This document shows, piece after piece, positions 1 to 8,817 of a stretch of DNA of 64,000 nt. How positions within the stretch are numbered: the stretch's first letter is position 1; each line of letters begins with the position of its first letter. The position numbers and the translations under genes were made by a program. Source of the DNA: Chloroflexota bacterium (lineage in GTDB: Bacteria > Chloroflexota > UBA11872 > VXOZ01); contig CAXXVD010000005.1 of NCBI GenBank assembly GCA_963662335.2, positions 576,001 to 640,000 of the forward strand. Direction: 5' to 3'. The notes beneath the pieces were generated by a model. The model saw nothing but the letters and a program-made list of their open reading frames with translations. It ran no database searches and was not told the origin of the DNA.

Positions 1-426
1 GCGGAGTGGGCGGAAGCCCATCAACGCCAGCCCCTCGCGACGCTCACGGCGGTTGCGACCACCGGCGTCGCGCCCGTGCGCATGGGCATCGGGCCGGCCA
101 AGGCGATCCGCATCCTCCTGGACAAGACCGGGCTCACGTTGGACGACATCGACCTCTTGGAGATCAACGAAGCCTTCGCCGCGCAAGTGTTGGCGGTTGA
201 GGCCGAACTCAAGTGGGATCCCGCCCGCGTGAACGTGAACGGCGGCGCGATTGCCGTGGGCCATCCTATCGGCGCGAGCGGCGCGCGCATCTTGTGCACG
301 CTCATCCATGAAATGCAGCGCCGGAACGTCCACCGGGGCATTGCCGCCCTCTGCGCCGGCGGCGGCATGGGCATCGCCGCGCTGGTGGAGCGCAACTGCG
401 ACTCCGCTTCTTACGGCAGTCAATGA
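1..426 (+). CDS. Acetyl-CoA C-acyltransferase (thiolase), 5'-truncated by window edge
   Basis: Frame open from base 1; thiolase C-terminal motifs INEAFA, NGGAIAVGHPIGASG, LCAGGGMG. Confidence 0.95.
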   Translation, partial: AEWAEAHQRQPLATLTAVATTGVAPVRMGIGPAKAIRILLDKTGLTLDDIDLLEINEAFAAQVLAVEAELKWDPARVNVNGGAIAVGHPIGASGARILCTLIHEMQRRNVHRGIAALCAGGGMGIAALVERNCDSASYGSQ

Positions 427-439
427 GGAAGGCGCAGGC

Positions 440-1198
440 ATGAAACTGGAAGGCAAGCACGCCCTCGTCACCGGCGCGTCCCAGGGCATCGGCCGCGCCA
501 CCGCCCTTGCGCTCGCCCGCGAAGGCGTGGACGTCGTTATCAACCACTACCCTGACGCAGAAGGCATACATCGGCACAACGCGGCGGCGGTGGCTGCGGA
601 GATCACGGCCTCGGGTCGCCGCGCGCTGATTGCCGGCGCCGACGTCGCTCAAGAAGAAGCATCCGCCGCTATGTTTGACCAGGCCGTAGCGGAACTTGGC
701 CACATTGACATTCTCGTCAATAATGCCGGCATCCTGCGCGACGCCACGCTGCGCAACCTGACCCGCCAGCAGTGGGACGAGGTGCTGGACGTCAACCTGG
801 GCAGCATGTTCAACTGCTCCAAACCCGCGGCCAGCCACATGCGCGAACGTGAGACCGGCAGCATCGTCAACATTGCTTCGGTCATCGGCCTTACGGGGAA
901 TTTCGGCCAGACGAACTACGCGGCGGCCAAAGCCGGCGCCATCGGCTTCACCAAGTCGTTGGCCCGGGAACTGGCGCGCTACGGCGTGCGCGTGAATGCC
1001 GTGGCCCCCGGCTTCATGGATACCGACATGACCCGCGCCATCGACCCTGAAATCAAGGAGAGTATACGCAAGCAGATTCCGCTTGGGCACTTCGGCACGG
1101 CAGAAGACATTGCAGACGCAATCCTCTTTCTTGTCTCTGACGAGGCGCGTTACATCACTGGCGAAGTCCTCAGCGTCAACGGCGGCTGGTATATGTAA
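440..1198 (+). CDS. 3-oxoacyl-ACP reductase / acetoacetyl-CoA reductase (FabG/PhaB-type SDR)
   Basis: ATG 440 after GAGGAAGG; TGASQGIG, NNAG, GNFGQTNYAAAKAG, VNGG; directly behind thiolase. Confidence 0.9.
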   Translation: MKLEGKHALVTGASQGIGRATALALAREGVDVVINHYPDAEGIHRHNAAAVAAEITASGRRALIAGADVAQEEASAAMFDQAVAELGHIDILVNNAGILRDATLRNLTRQQWDEVLDVNLGSMFNCSKPAASHMRERETGSIVNIASVIGLTGNFGQTNYAAAKAGAIGFTKSLARELARYGVRVNAVAPGFMDTDMTRAIDPEIKESIRKQIPLGHFGTAEDIADAILFLVSDEARYITGEVLSVNGGWYM

Positions 1199-1217
1199 TT
1201 TCAAATTCTGCTCCCAC

Positions 1218-1590
1218 GTAGCGCGGGGGCTTGTCCCCCGCCTCTTGGCAGCCTGCCGGCGCAATCTACAAGATGGATTCCCGCGTGCGCGGGAATGACG
1301 AACCGGAATCGATCCGCCCCCTCGTAGCTTGTAGCGCGGGGCTGGTCGCAGGTTACAAACCTGCGCTACCGGGAGATGAGAGTTTCCTCGTAGCGCGGGG
1401 GCTTGTCCCCCGCCGCTCGGCACAACATAACGCGGGGGCTTGCCCCCAATGCTGTCGCATTAGTCTGAAAGGCAGCAAAACTCGCGTCCGAAGTCTCCGG
1501 TAGCGCAGGTTTGCAACCTGCGAAGTTGTTAGATCAACCCTTTGCGTGCCAGTTGCAATGGTTCCGGCGGGGGACAAGCCCCCGCGCTAC
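1218..1590. repeat. REP cluster: family A (GTAGCGCGGGGGCTTGTCCCCCGC), family B, family C (GGTAGCGCAGGTTTGCAACCTGCG)
   Basis: A at 1218, 1390 and inverted 1567-1590; B inverted ~1275-1299; C inverted ~1347-1370 and forward 1499. Confidence 0.9.
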
Positions 1591-1642
1591 TTTAATGCTA
1601 CCGTCGCAGACACTGGGCCGCATGGATGAAAGGAATCGCCCA

Positions 1643-2305
1643 ATGCTCATCGACACATCCCAATTCAAGCCGAACCACCTCGCCGGAGACGCCGTCCTGC
1701 CACCCGACAAAACCGCCCTCATCATCGTGGACATGATGCGCCGCTTCTGCGATCCCGCCTGGCTGGCCGGCGGCAACCCGGAGAGCGAGCGCTGGTTCAG
1801 GGCGGAACTCCAGACCGTGATTCCCAACCTGCGCGCCATCCTCGACGCCTTTCGCGCCACCGGCGGCCTGGTGGTGCACGTGGTCAACGCCAAGTGGACG
1901 GCTGAGGCGCGCGAGGCCGTGCCCTACCAGCGCGGCCGCGACTACGACTACTTCGATTCCCGCGCCATGTCCGTCATCGACGAACTCGCGCCCCAACGGG
2001 ACGAAATCATCATTCGCAAGCTGACCAGTTCCGCCTTTACCGGCACGGGCCTGGACTACATGCTGAACAATGCCGGCATTCGGAACGTCGTGCTCACCGG
2101 ACAATACGGCGGCGCGTGCGTCTTCTACAGCCTCATCCAGAGCCGCGAATACGGCTTCACCAACTATTGGCCGTGCGACGCCATCCTACACGCCTCCGCC
2201 GTAGACCAGGCCATGATCACGCCGCTGGTGGGCACGCGCTGGGCGACGTTGGCGACTGCCAAGCACGTCGCGCAGGCGCTCGCCGGGCAACGCGCCATGG
2301 CTTAA
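1643..2305 (+). CDS. Cysteine hydrolase / isochorismatase family protein
   Basis: TALIIVDM, K-x-x-SSAFTGT-L, LTGQYGGACV (D-K-C triad); AAGGA RBS. Confidence 0.85.
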   Translation: MLIDTSQFKPNHLAGDAVLPPDKTALIIVDMMRRFCDPAWLAGGNPESERWFRAELQTVIPNLRAILDAFRATGGLVVHVVNAKWTAEAREAVPYQRGRDYDYFDSRAMSVIDELAPQRDEIIIRKLTSSAFTGTGLDYMLNNAGIRNVVLTGQYGGACVFYSLIQSREYGFTNYWPCDAILHASAVDQAMITPLVGTRWATLATAKHVAQALAGQRAMA

Positions 2306-2401
2306 CCGCACCCTTGCAGTCTCCAGATTTGATCGGTCTTGGCGTAGACCGCGCCAACGAGCAGAACTGCGCAAACGCATGGGCAACTCGGTTCCTCGTC
2401 C

Positions 2402-2477
2402 TGTCATTCTGAGGAGCGCAGCGACGAAGAATCTCGATTGTACGGGCACTAGATTCCTCGCTACGCTCGGAATGACA
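2402..2477. repeat. Inverted doublet of family E repeat (GTCATTCCGAGCGCAGCGAGGAATCT-type)
   Basis: TGTCATTCTGAGG...GAATCT and AGATTCCTCGCTACGCTCGGAATGACA; same family at 6039/6120, 8492, 24261, 30818. Confidence 0.8.
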
Positions 2478-2537
2478 GGGATTCAAATCCGGCTATGAGA
2501 CTGCGCCCGCATCGACGACTGTCCCAATGTTCCTGCC

Positions 2538-2566
2538 TTGACACTCCGCACACGCGCTGCTAGTCT
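2538..2566 (+). promoter_or_regulatory. sigma70-type promoter for SBP gene
   Basis: TTGACA-17 bp-TAGTCT with TG extension, ~45 bp before ATG 2611. Confidence 0.65.
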
Positions 2567-2610
2567 GCACCCATCCGGTTGGTTGCAGCATCCACAAAGG
2601 AGCTTTCCCA

Positions 2611-3999
2611 ATGACACGACGCAAGATGCTACTCGGCCTCGGTTCCGGCGCCGGATTCGCGCTGCTGGCGGCGTGCGGCCAGACAGCCGCGCCGATGGCG
2701 GAAGAAGCGCCCGCGGCCGAAGCGAAAGAGGAACCCAAGGCAGAGGAAAAACCCGCCGCGCCGGAGACCTATGAGATTCGCATCTTCACCACGTCCCGCT
2801 GGGACCTCAGCCAGGGCATTGGCTTGGAGGTAGTGCAGGAACTCGAGGAGGCCAATCCCGGCATCACCGTCAACGCCACCGTTGAATCCGGCAACCGCAT
2901 GGACAAGATGGTCACCTCCGTGGCCGCCGGTTTTGGGCTCGACATCGGTCAAGCCGGCTCCTGGCAGTCACAGACCCTCGCCGTCCTCCAGGTGCCGGTA
3001 GGCCTCGACTCCTACATGGCCACCTCGGACGTCATCAAGAAAGAAGAGATCTGGGAATCGCTGCGCGGCGACCTGGAGTGGAAGAGCGTGGTGCAGGGCA
3101 TGCCGTTCGGCCCGGACATCCGCTTCCTCTACGTCGGCAGCAAAGCCTATCTCGACGCGGGCCTGGACCCGGAGAGTCCCCCGGCGTCGTGGACGGATCT
3201 TGAGGATGCAATCGCCAAGATCTATACCGTTAGCGGCGACAAGATTGAAAAGCTGGGCTTCGACCCGTTGCGCGGCACCGGCGGCAACCACCTCTGGATG
3301 GTGCCCATGTGGCAGTTGGGCGGCGACACCACCTCGCCCGAGGGCCTGGTAACCCTCGATACGCCGGAAGCGGAAGAAGCCCTTAACTGGCAGAAGCGCA
3401 ACATCTACGACGCCCAGGGCGGTTACAACCAGGTAATGGAGTTCTGGGGCGAGGCGGCGCGGTACCCCGCGTACTTCCAACCCTTCTTCCAAGGCGTGGT
3501 CGGCCAGATGCACCTGACCAATTCCGAGCGCGCGGGGCAAATCCTGCCGAATCAACCGGACTTCGAGTTCACGTACGGCCCCTATCCCGTGCCTGAAGGC
3601 GGACGCCAGTCCGGCTACGGCGGCTGCCATACCTGGTTCCTGACCGTAGACTCGGCCCAGCCCGACAAGGCCTGGAAATTCCTGGAGCACTTTGGCAGCC
3701 GGGACGTGAACATCCGCTGGGCGTTGCACTTCGACCGTCTGCCCATTCGCTCCGACGTGGCCGATTCCGAGGAGTACCACCAGGGTGACGACTTCGTGCG
3801 CTTCTCCGCCAACATGATGCAGCACCGCAAGTTCGTCATCCCCTTGCCGGGCGCGCCGCAGGTGCTCAGCTTCGTCAACGGCTTCATTCCGGACGTGATG
3901 GCCGGCAACCGCACGATCCCCGAAGCGCTCAAGGAAGCCAACGATCAGATCCAGACCATCCTCGACGACTTCCTGGCGGAGCACGGCGAATCGCGGTAG
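2611..3999 (+). CDS. Carbohydrate-type ABC solute-binding lipoprotein (Tat signal)
   Basis: MTRRKML twin-Arg, LAAC lipobox, Ala/Glu/Pro linker, GLDPESPPASW and AWKFLE SBP family 1 features. Confidence 0.88.
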   Translation: MTRRKMLLGLGSGAGFALLAACGQTAAPMAEEAPAAEAKEEPKAEEKPAAPETYEIRIFTTSRWDLSQGIGLEVVQELEEANPGITVNATVESGNRMDKMVTSVAAGFGLDIGQAGSWQSQTLAVLQVPVGLDSYMATSDVIKKEEIWESLRGDLEWKSVVQGMPFGPDIRFLYVGSKAYLDAGLDPESPPASWTDLEDAIAKIYTVSGDKIEKLGFDPLRGTGGNHLWMVPMWQLGGDTTSPEGLVTLDTPEAEEALNWQKRNIYDAQGGYNQVMEFWGEAARYPAYFQPFFQGVVGQMHLTNSERAGQILPNQPDFEFTYGPYPVPEGGRQSGYGGCHTWFLTVDSAQPDKAWKFLEHFGSRDVNIRWALHFDRLPIRSDVADSEEYHQGDDFVRFSANMMQHRKFVIPLPGAPQVLSFVNGFIPDVMAGNRTIPEALKEANDQIQTILDDFLAEHGESR

Positions 4000-4029
4000 C
4001 GCATCTCATTTCGCCAAGCGGTTAGAATG

Positions 4030-4059
4030 GAAGGAGGAGGTCACGCGGCCTCCTCCTTC
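4030..4059 (+). terminator. Stem-loop after SBP gene (terminator or mRNA stabiliser)
   Basis: GAAGGAGGAGG-8 nt-CCTCCTCCTTC perfect 11-bp stem; no strong U tract. Confidence 0.5.
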
Positions 4060-4082
4060 TGCATAGTTGAGAAAGGTGTCCC

Positions 4083-5228
4083 GTGCCAGGCGATGACCCC
4101 AAACTCACCGGAGCCGACGTCGACCCGCTGCGGGAGAAACTCTTCGCGGCGTATGACAACTGGCTGATGCGCCAGTGCCGCGAGCGCTACGACGCGCGCG
4201 GCGAACGCTGGCAGCGGGACTTCTCCGGCCTGGAGGCGTACTCCCGTTCGGTTGCGCCCAACCGCGCGCGCCTGCTGGCCATGATCGGCGGTTGGCCGTG
4301 GCAGCGCGGGGCGCTGGAGCCTGAAATTGAGGTAATTGCCGCCACGGACTCATATACGGCCGCGCGCGTCTTCTACACGTCGTTCGACGACGTGCGCGTA
4401 GACGCCATTCTCATCCGTCCTCATGGCGCGGGGCCGTTTCCGGCGGTGCTCGCCCAGCACGGCGTCAACCACACGCCGGAGCAAATCTGCGGTTTCTGCG
4501 AGCCGGAGCATAGCGCCGCCTACCACGAAATCGGCGTGCGCCTGGCCCGGCACGGCTACGTGGTCATCGCGCCGCGCATGATTGGCGGCTACGGTGAAGA
4601 CCGTTTCAACGTGCCCAACATTCCCACTCTGCGCCAGCACGAGCAAGGCCGCGCGCAGAATCAAATCCACCGCAAGGCGATCCTCATCGGCCAGAGCATC
4701 CAGGCGCTGGAGTACTTTTCCCTCTCCCGCGCCGTTGACTACCTGGAAACGCTGCCGGAGGTGGACAGCGACCGCATCGGCCTCTACGGCCTTTCGCGCG
4801 GCGGGCGGGCCGCCCTCTGGCTGGGGGCGCTGGAGCAGCGCTTGCAGGCGGTCGTCTCTTCCGCCTGGTTCAACGAGCGCTTCAGCAAGATGCTGCAACC
4901 GGACGTGATAAAGAGCGGCTCGTTCATCGAGACCTCTTCCGAGTTTCAATTCATCCCGGGTCTCTTCCACGAATTCGGCGACGCCGACATCGCCTCCCTC
5001 ATCTGCCCCCGCGCCTTCTTCGTGGAGGACGGCAAGCACGACGGCGCGGTGTGGTGGCCCCACGCGATACAAGAGTTCAAGCTGGTTGAAGAGATATATG
5101 AAGGACTTGGCATACCGGAGAAATGCGGCATCCGCATCCACGAGTTTGGGCACGAAACGGAACCCGAGGACGAGATCACAGCTATCCAGGCCGTGGCGTT
5201 TCTCGATCGCTGGCTGAAAGCGACGTAG
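4083..5228 (+). CDS. Alpha/beta hydrolase (dienelactone hydrolase / acetylxylan esterase-like)
   Basis: GPFPAVLAQHG, nucleophile elbow GLSRGG after VDSDRIG, LICPR..D, terminal GHE. Confidence 0.85.
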   Translation: MPGDDPKLTGADVDPLREKLFAAYDNWLMRQCRERYDARGERWQRDFSGLEAYSRSVAPNRARLLAMIGGWPWQRGALEPEIEVIAATDSYTAARVFYTSFDDVRVDAILIRPHGAGPFPAVLAQHGVNHTPEQICGFCEPEHSAAYHEIGVRLARHGYVVIAPRMIGGYGEDRFNVPNIPTLRQHEQGRAQNQIHRKAILIGQSIQALEYFSLSRAVDYLETLPEVDSDRIGLYGLSRGGRAALWLGALEQRLQAVVSSAWFNERFSKMLQPDVIKSGSFIETSSEFQFIPGLFHEFGDADIASLICPRAFFVEDGKHDGAVWWPHAIQEFKLVEEIYEGLGIPEKCGIRIHEFGHETEPEDEITAIQAVAFLDRWLKAT

Positions 5229-5270
5229 AACGCGGGCGCCTACGCAAGATGAACCGCGAACGGAACCGCC

Positions 5271-5765
5271 ATGCCACGCCTGCGCAACCTCTTCACCGAT
5301 CCCCGCGCTACCGTCAGGGGGCCGCGGCAGAATTCCCTGCGCGGCGACTCCCGCAGCGCAGGTCTGCCCCCCAGAGAGTCTGGTAGCGCAGGTTTGCAAC
5401 CTGCGTCCGGCAGTGCAGGTTTGCAACCCAGCAAGACCGGTAGCGCAGGTTTGCAACCCAACAAGACCGGTAGCGCAGGTTTGCAACCTGCGTCCGATGG
5501 AGAATTGGACGTGCACGTCGCCGGTCTGGCGTGCACCGGAATCTGCGCGCGCCGCACGCAGCAAGGCCTCGCTGCGCTTCCCGGTGTCCGCGCTGTCAGC
5601 TTCAACCCGGCGAACGACACCTTTACGGTGCGCTACCGGGGTGACACGCCTGACGAACGGTCTGTGGCAGCGGCGGTGCGCCGCAAAGTGGTCTGCAAAC
5701 CCGCGCGCAAGCTGCTGGACTGGCTCGGCCGCGCGCTCCGGCTGGCGGACTCGGCGCCGGAATAG
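5271..5765 (+). CDS. Heavy-metal-associated (HMA) domain protein with in-frame REP insertion
   Basis: LHV-like strand + GLACTGICARR..LAALPGV HMA fold (CxxxC variant); N-terminal GSAGLQP repeats. Confidence 0.65.
   Translation: MPRLRNLFTDPRATVRGPRQNSLRGDSRSAGLPPRESGSAGLQPASGSAGLQPSKTGSAGLQPNKTGSAGLQPASDGELDVHVAGLACTGICARRTQQGLAALPGVRAVSFNPANDTFTVRYRGDTPDERSVAAAVRRKVVCKPARKLLDWLGRALRLADSAPE
5352..5495 (+). repeat. Five tandem family C REP-derived units (30,27,30,30,27 bp) in frame within CDS
   Basis: Units start 5352, 5382, 5409, 5439, 5469; core GGTAGCGCAGGTTTGCAACC. Confidence 0.9.
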
Positions 5766-5882
5766 CGCAGCGACACGGACACGCCCGATGGCGCCTCTTC
5801 CATCTCTAACTTTTAGGAAACCGGATTTCCGATTCCGTTCGCGCTGAGCCTGTCGAAGCGCATCCTCTTGCCTACTCCCGTT

Positions 5883-6198
5883 GGAGACCTTTGCGTAAAT
5901 CCGTCATTCCGGCGAAAGCCGGAATCTAGGGGATTCTTTACTGCTATAGTTGCCATGATGTCAACAACTCTAACCCCCATCCCGGCCTACCCCTCTCAAG
6001 GGCTGACAAGGGTAGGCATTCTACAGTCGACTTCACCTGTCATTCCAAACGGAGCGCAGCGGAGTGTCGAACCCTGTTCGCGGAATCTAAAGCACAGCCC
6101 CGCAAAATCAGCAGCTTTAGATTCCTCGCTGCGCTCGGAATGACATTTACCTACCTCTGTCAGCCCCTCAAGGGAAAGGGGTTTACGCAAAGTTCTCC
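5883..6198. mobile_element. MITE-1 (about 140 bp plus nested insert) with terminal inverted repeats
   Basis: GGAGACCTTTGCGTAAA...TTTACGCAAAGTTCTCC (16/17); homologous uninterrupted copy at 58704-58842. Confidence 0.75.
5999..6167. mobile_element. MITE-2 nested in MITE-1, 3-bp TCA target duplication
   Basis: AGGGCTGACAAGGGTAGG...CCTACCTCTGTCAGCCCC; TCA at 5996-5998 and 6168-6170; carries an E-repeat doublet. Confidence 0.7.
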
Positions 6199-6366
6199 GT
6201 TCGCACTTCAACACGCTCAGCGCGAACGGCAGCGTTCCGCGTGCAATACCCTTGTGCCGGCGCGCAATTCCGGCTACAGTGATGCCATTGGCAACGCGCA
6301 TACAGCCGCGCGCGGCCGCGGCTCGTGCCGTCGGCATAGGTTACAGACGTATAGGGAAAAAACATC

Positions 6367-7386
6367 GTGCCCGCAGCGTCACCAATTCAGACTACCGTCG
6401 TCGGCAGTTACCCGGTGCCGTCCTGGCTGCTCGCGTTCCCCAGCAAACCGGCCTTGCGCGACGCCATGCTCACCGTCTTCAAAACACAGGAACTTGCCGG
6501 CATCGACGTGGTGACGGACGGCGAACTCTCGCGTTTCGACGTCAACCACCCGGAGACCCAGGGCATGATCGAATACTTCATCTCGCCGCTGGCGGGGGTG
6601 GACACGGTATTCAGCCGCGCCGAAATTGCCGCCTTCCGCGAGCAAGCCGGGATGCAGTTCCGCAAGCAGCCTGCAGGAGTGGTGCGGGAGGCCATTGGCG
6701 AAGGCGCGCTCGACCTGCCCACCGCCGCTGCCGGCGGCGCGCTTACCCCAAAACCCTACAAGTTCACGGTCACAAGCCCCTACATGCTCGCCAAGTCGTT
6801 GCTCGATCTCCACTACCGCGACGTGCGCCAACTGGCCTTCGCCATTGCCGACGTATTCCGGGAACAAACCGCAAACCTCGCTGCCGCCGTCTTGCAGATC
6901 GACGAGGCGAACCTGGTCGGCTCGCCCCGCGACGGCGCCTGGGCGGCCGACATCCTCAACCACGCCTATTCCGACTTCCCGGGCCAGAAGGCCGTGCATC
7001 TCTGCTTTGGCAACTACGGCGGGCAGACCGTGCAGCAGGGCCTCTTCGCGGACCTACTCCCGTTCTGCAATCGCCTGGAGTGCGACCACCTGCTCCTGGA
7101 GTTCGCCCGTCCCGGCGACGCCGAACTGGCGGTATTCACTGACCTGCGGCCGGAGATTGCGCTGGGCATCGGCGTCATCGACATCAAGGACAACGCGGTA
7201 GAGTCGCCCGACCTGGTCGTGCGCCGCCTCGAGCGCGCCGTGACCGTCCTGGGCCCGGAGCGCGTCAAGTGGGCGCATCCCGATTGCGGCTTCTGGATGC
7301 TCTCGCGCATGGTGGCCGACCGGAAGATGGCCGCGTTGGTTGCGGGCCGCGATCTGTATCTCGGGCACAAAAGCGAAAAGGAGTAA
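6367..7386 (+). CDS. Cobalamin-independent methionine synthase II family (MetE C-terminal-domain-only) protein
   Basis: TTVVGSYP, GIDVVTDGE, QIDE, Zn ligands HLCFGN, LE and HPDCG. Confidence 0.88.
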   Translation: MPAASPIQTTVVGSYPVPSWLLAFPSKPALRDAMLTVFKTQELAGIDVVTDGELSRFDVNHPETQGMIEYFISPLAGVDTVFSRAEIAAFREQAGMQFRKQPAGVVREAIGEGALDLPTAAAGGALTPKPYKFTVTSPYMLAKSLLDLHYRDVRQLAFAIADVFREQTANLAAAVLQIDEANLVGSPRDGAWAADILNHAYSDFPGQKAVHLCFGNYGGQTVQQGLFADLLPFCNRLECDHLLLEFARPGDAELAVFTDLRPEIALGIGVIDIKDNAVESPDLVVRRLERAVTVLGPERVKWAHPDCGFWMLSRMVADRKMAALVAGRDLYLGHKSEKE

Positions 7387-7389
7387 CCA

Positions 7390-8448
7390 ATGGCCGAGCA
7401 AGCGCGGGTAGCCGTCATTACCTCCCCGACAGGAACCATGCACGTCGACGGCTTCCTGGAAATCCTGGCCGCCCTGTCCGAAGTGGCGCAGGTGGCGCTG
7501 ATAACGCACGGCGCTGACGACATGGAGGCCCACGCGCAAGCCCACCTGGGCGCGCGCCTCGTGGGCGTCTTTCCGGATACGGACGCCCTGTTTGCGGCCT
7601 TTCAGCCGGACCTGAGCATCGTGAGCCTGGAGCCGCGCGCCGCCCCGGCCGCCATCGCCGCCTGTCTGCAGGCGGGCAGCCACGTGCTGGCGGAAAAACC
7701 CGCCTGCCTGCAATGGCAGGAGTTTTCCGAACTTGCCGCGCTCGCGGGAGAGAATCAACGCAACGTCGGCCTGGCCTTTGCCGCGCGGGGCTTTCCCTTC
7801 CTGCAAGACGCGCGCAGAGTCGTCGCTAACGGCACGCTCGGCAAACTCTACGGCGTTGACACCTACTTCATCGCCGACCAGACCCGCGTGCAGCAGGCCG
7901 AGTGGCAAGCCTCCTGGTTTTCGCAGAAGGCCCACGCCGGCGGCGGACACCTGATGTGGTTGGGCATTCATTATGTCGATCTGCTGCACCATCTCACCGG
8001 CCAGCGCATCGTGGAAGTCGCTGGGCTGACGGCCGTCGTCGGCGGCGCGCCCATCGATACGGAGGACGCCGCCGTGGCCGTGCTGCGCTTCGCGGACGGC
8101 ATGATTGGCACATTGACTTCCGCCTATTACATAGATAAGAACAAGCACTCGCACCTGCACCTCTGGGGGTCGGAAGGCTGGCTGCGCGGGCGGCCCAACG
8201 ATTGGGAGAGCCTGGAGTGGTACAGCACCCATCCCGCCGAGCGCTCCGCGCCGTACCGTACGCTCCGGTACGACTCGCCCACCGGCGATGCCAAGGGCAC
8301 GTACTACGGCCTGGTGCGCGCCGCCGTGCGCGGGGCGCTGGGACTGGAGACGCATCCGGTCACCACGGCCGAAGCGCTCCACGTGCTCCAGGTGGTGCAC
8401 GCCATCTACCGCGCGGCGGAAACCGGCCAAACGCAGCGTGTCGACTAA
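7390..8448 (+). CDS. Gfo/Idh/MocA family oxidoreductase
   Basis: HVLAEKP, GGGHLMWLGIHYVD, AIYRAAETG. Confidence 0.88.
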   Translation: MAEQARVAVITSPTGTMHVDGFLEILAALSEVAQVALITHGADDMEAHAQAHLGARLVGVFPDTDALFAAFQPDLSIVSLEPRAAPAAIAACLQAGSHVLAEKPACLQWQEFSELAALAGENQRNVGLAFAARGFPFLQDARRVVANGTLGKLYGVDTYFIADQTRVQQAEWQASWFSQKAHAGGGHLMWLGIHYVDLLHHLTGQRIVEVAGLTAVVGGAPIDTEDAAVAVLRFADGMIGTLTSAYYIDKNKHSHLHLWGSEGWLRGRPNDWESLEWYSTHPAERSAPYRTLRYDSPTGDAKGTYYGLVRAAVRGALGLETHPVTTAEALHVLQVVHAIYRAAETGQTQRVD

Positions 8449-8490
8449 GCAAGATTGGAGATTTCCGTCTCTTGTGTGGCATCCATGACT

Positions 8491-8767
8491 GTTATTCCGA
8501 GCGCAGCGAGGAATCTACACTGTAGCGCGGGGGCTTGTCCCCCGCTCTGACCCAATATCCCTTGGTAGCGCGGGGGCTTGTCCCCCGCCGGAGCCATTGA
8601 AACTGACACGAAAGAGAATTGACCAAACAGCTTCGCAGGTTACAAACCTGCGCTACCAGAAGTCTCGGACGCGAGTTTTGCTGTCTTTCTGTTTTATGCG
8701 ACACCATTAGGGCTTGTCCCCCGCTCTGACCCAATATCCCTTGGTAGCGCGGGGGCTTGTCCCCCGC
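8491..8767. repeat. REP cluster (E, A x3-4, inverted C) with a local direct duplication
   Basis: A at 8522, 8565, 8744; C inverted ~8634-8657; CCCGCTCTGACCCAATATCCCTTGGTAGCGC occurs twice. Confidence 0.9.
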
Positions 8768-8817
8768 CTGGCGGAACGAACACGCTCGCGGCAGGAAGCA
8801 CAGAAGGAATAAAGGCA

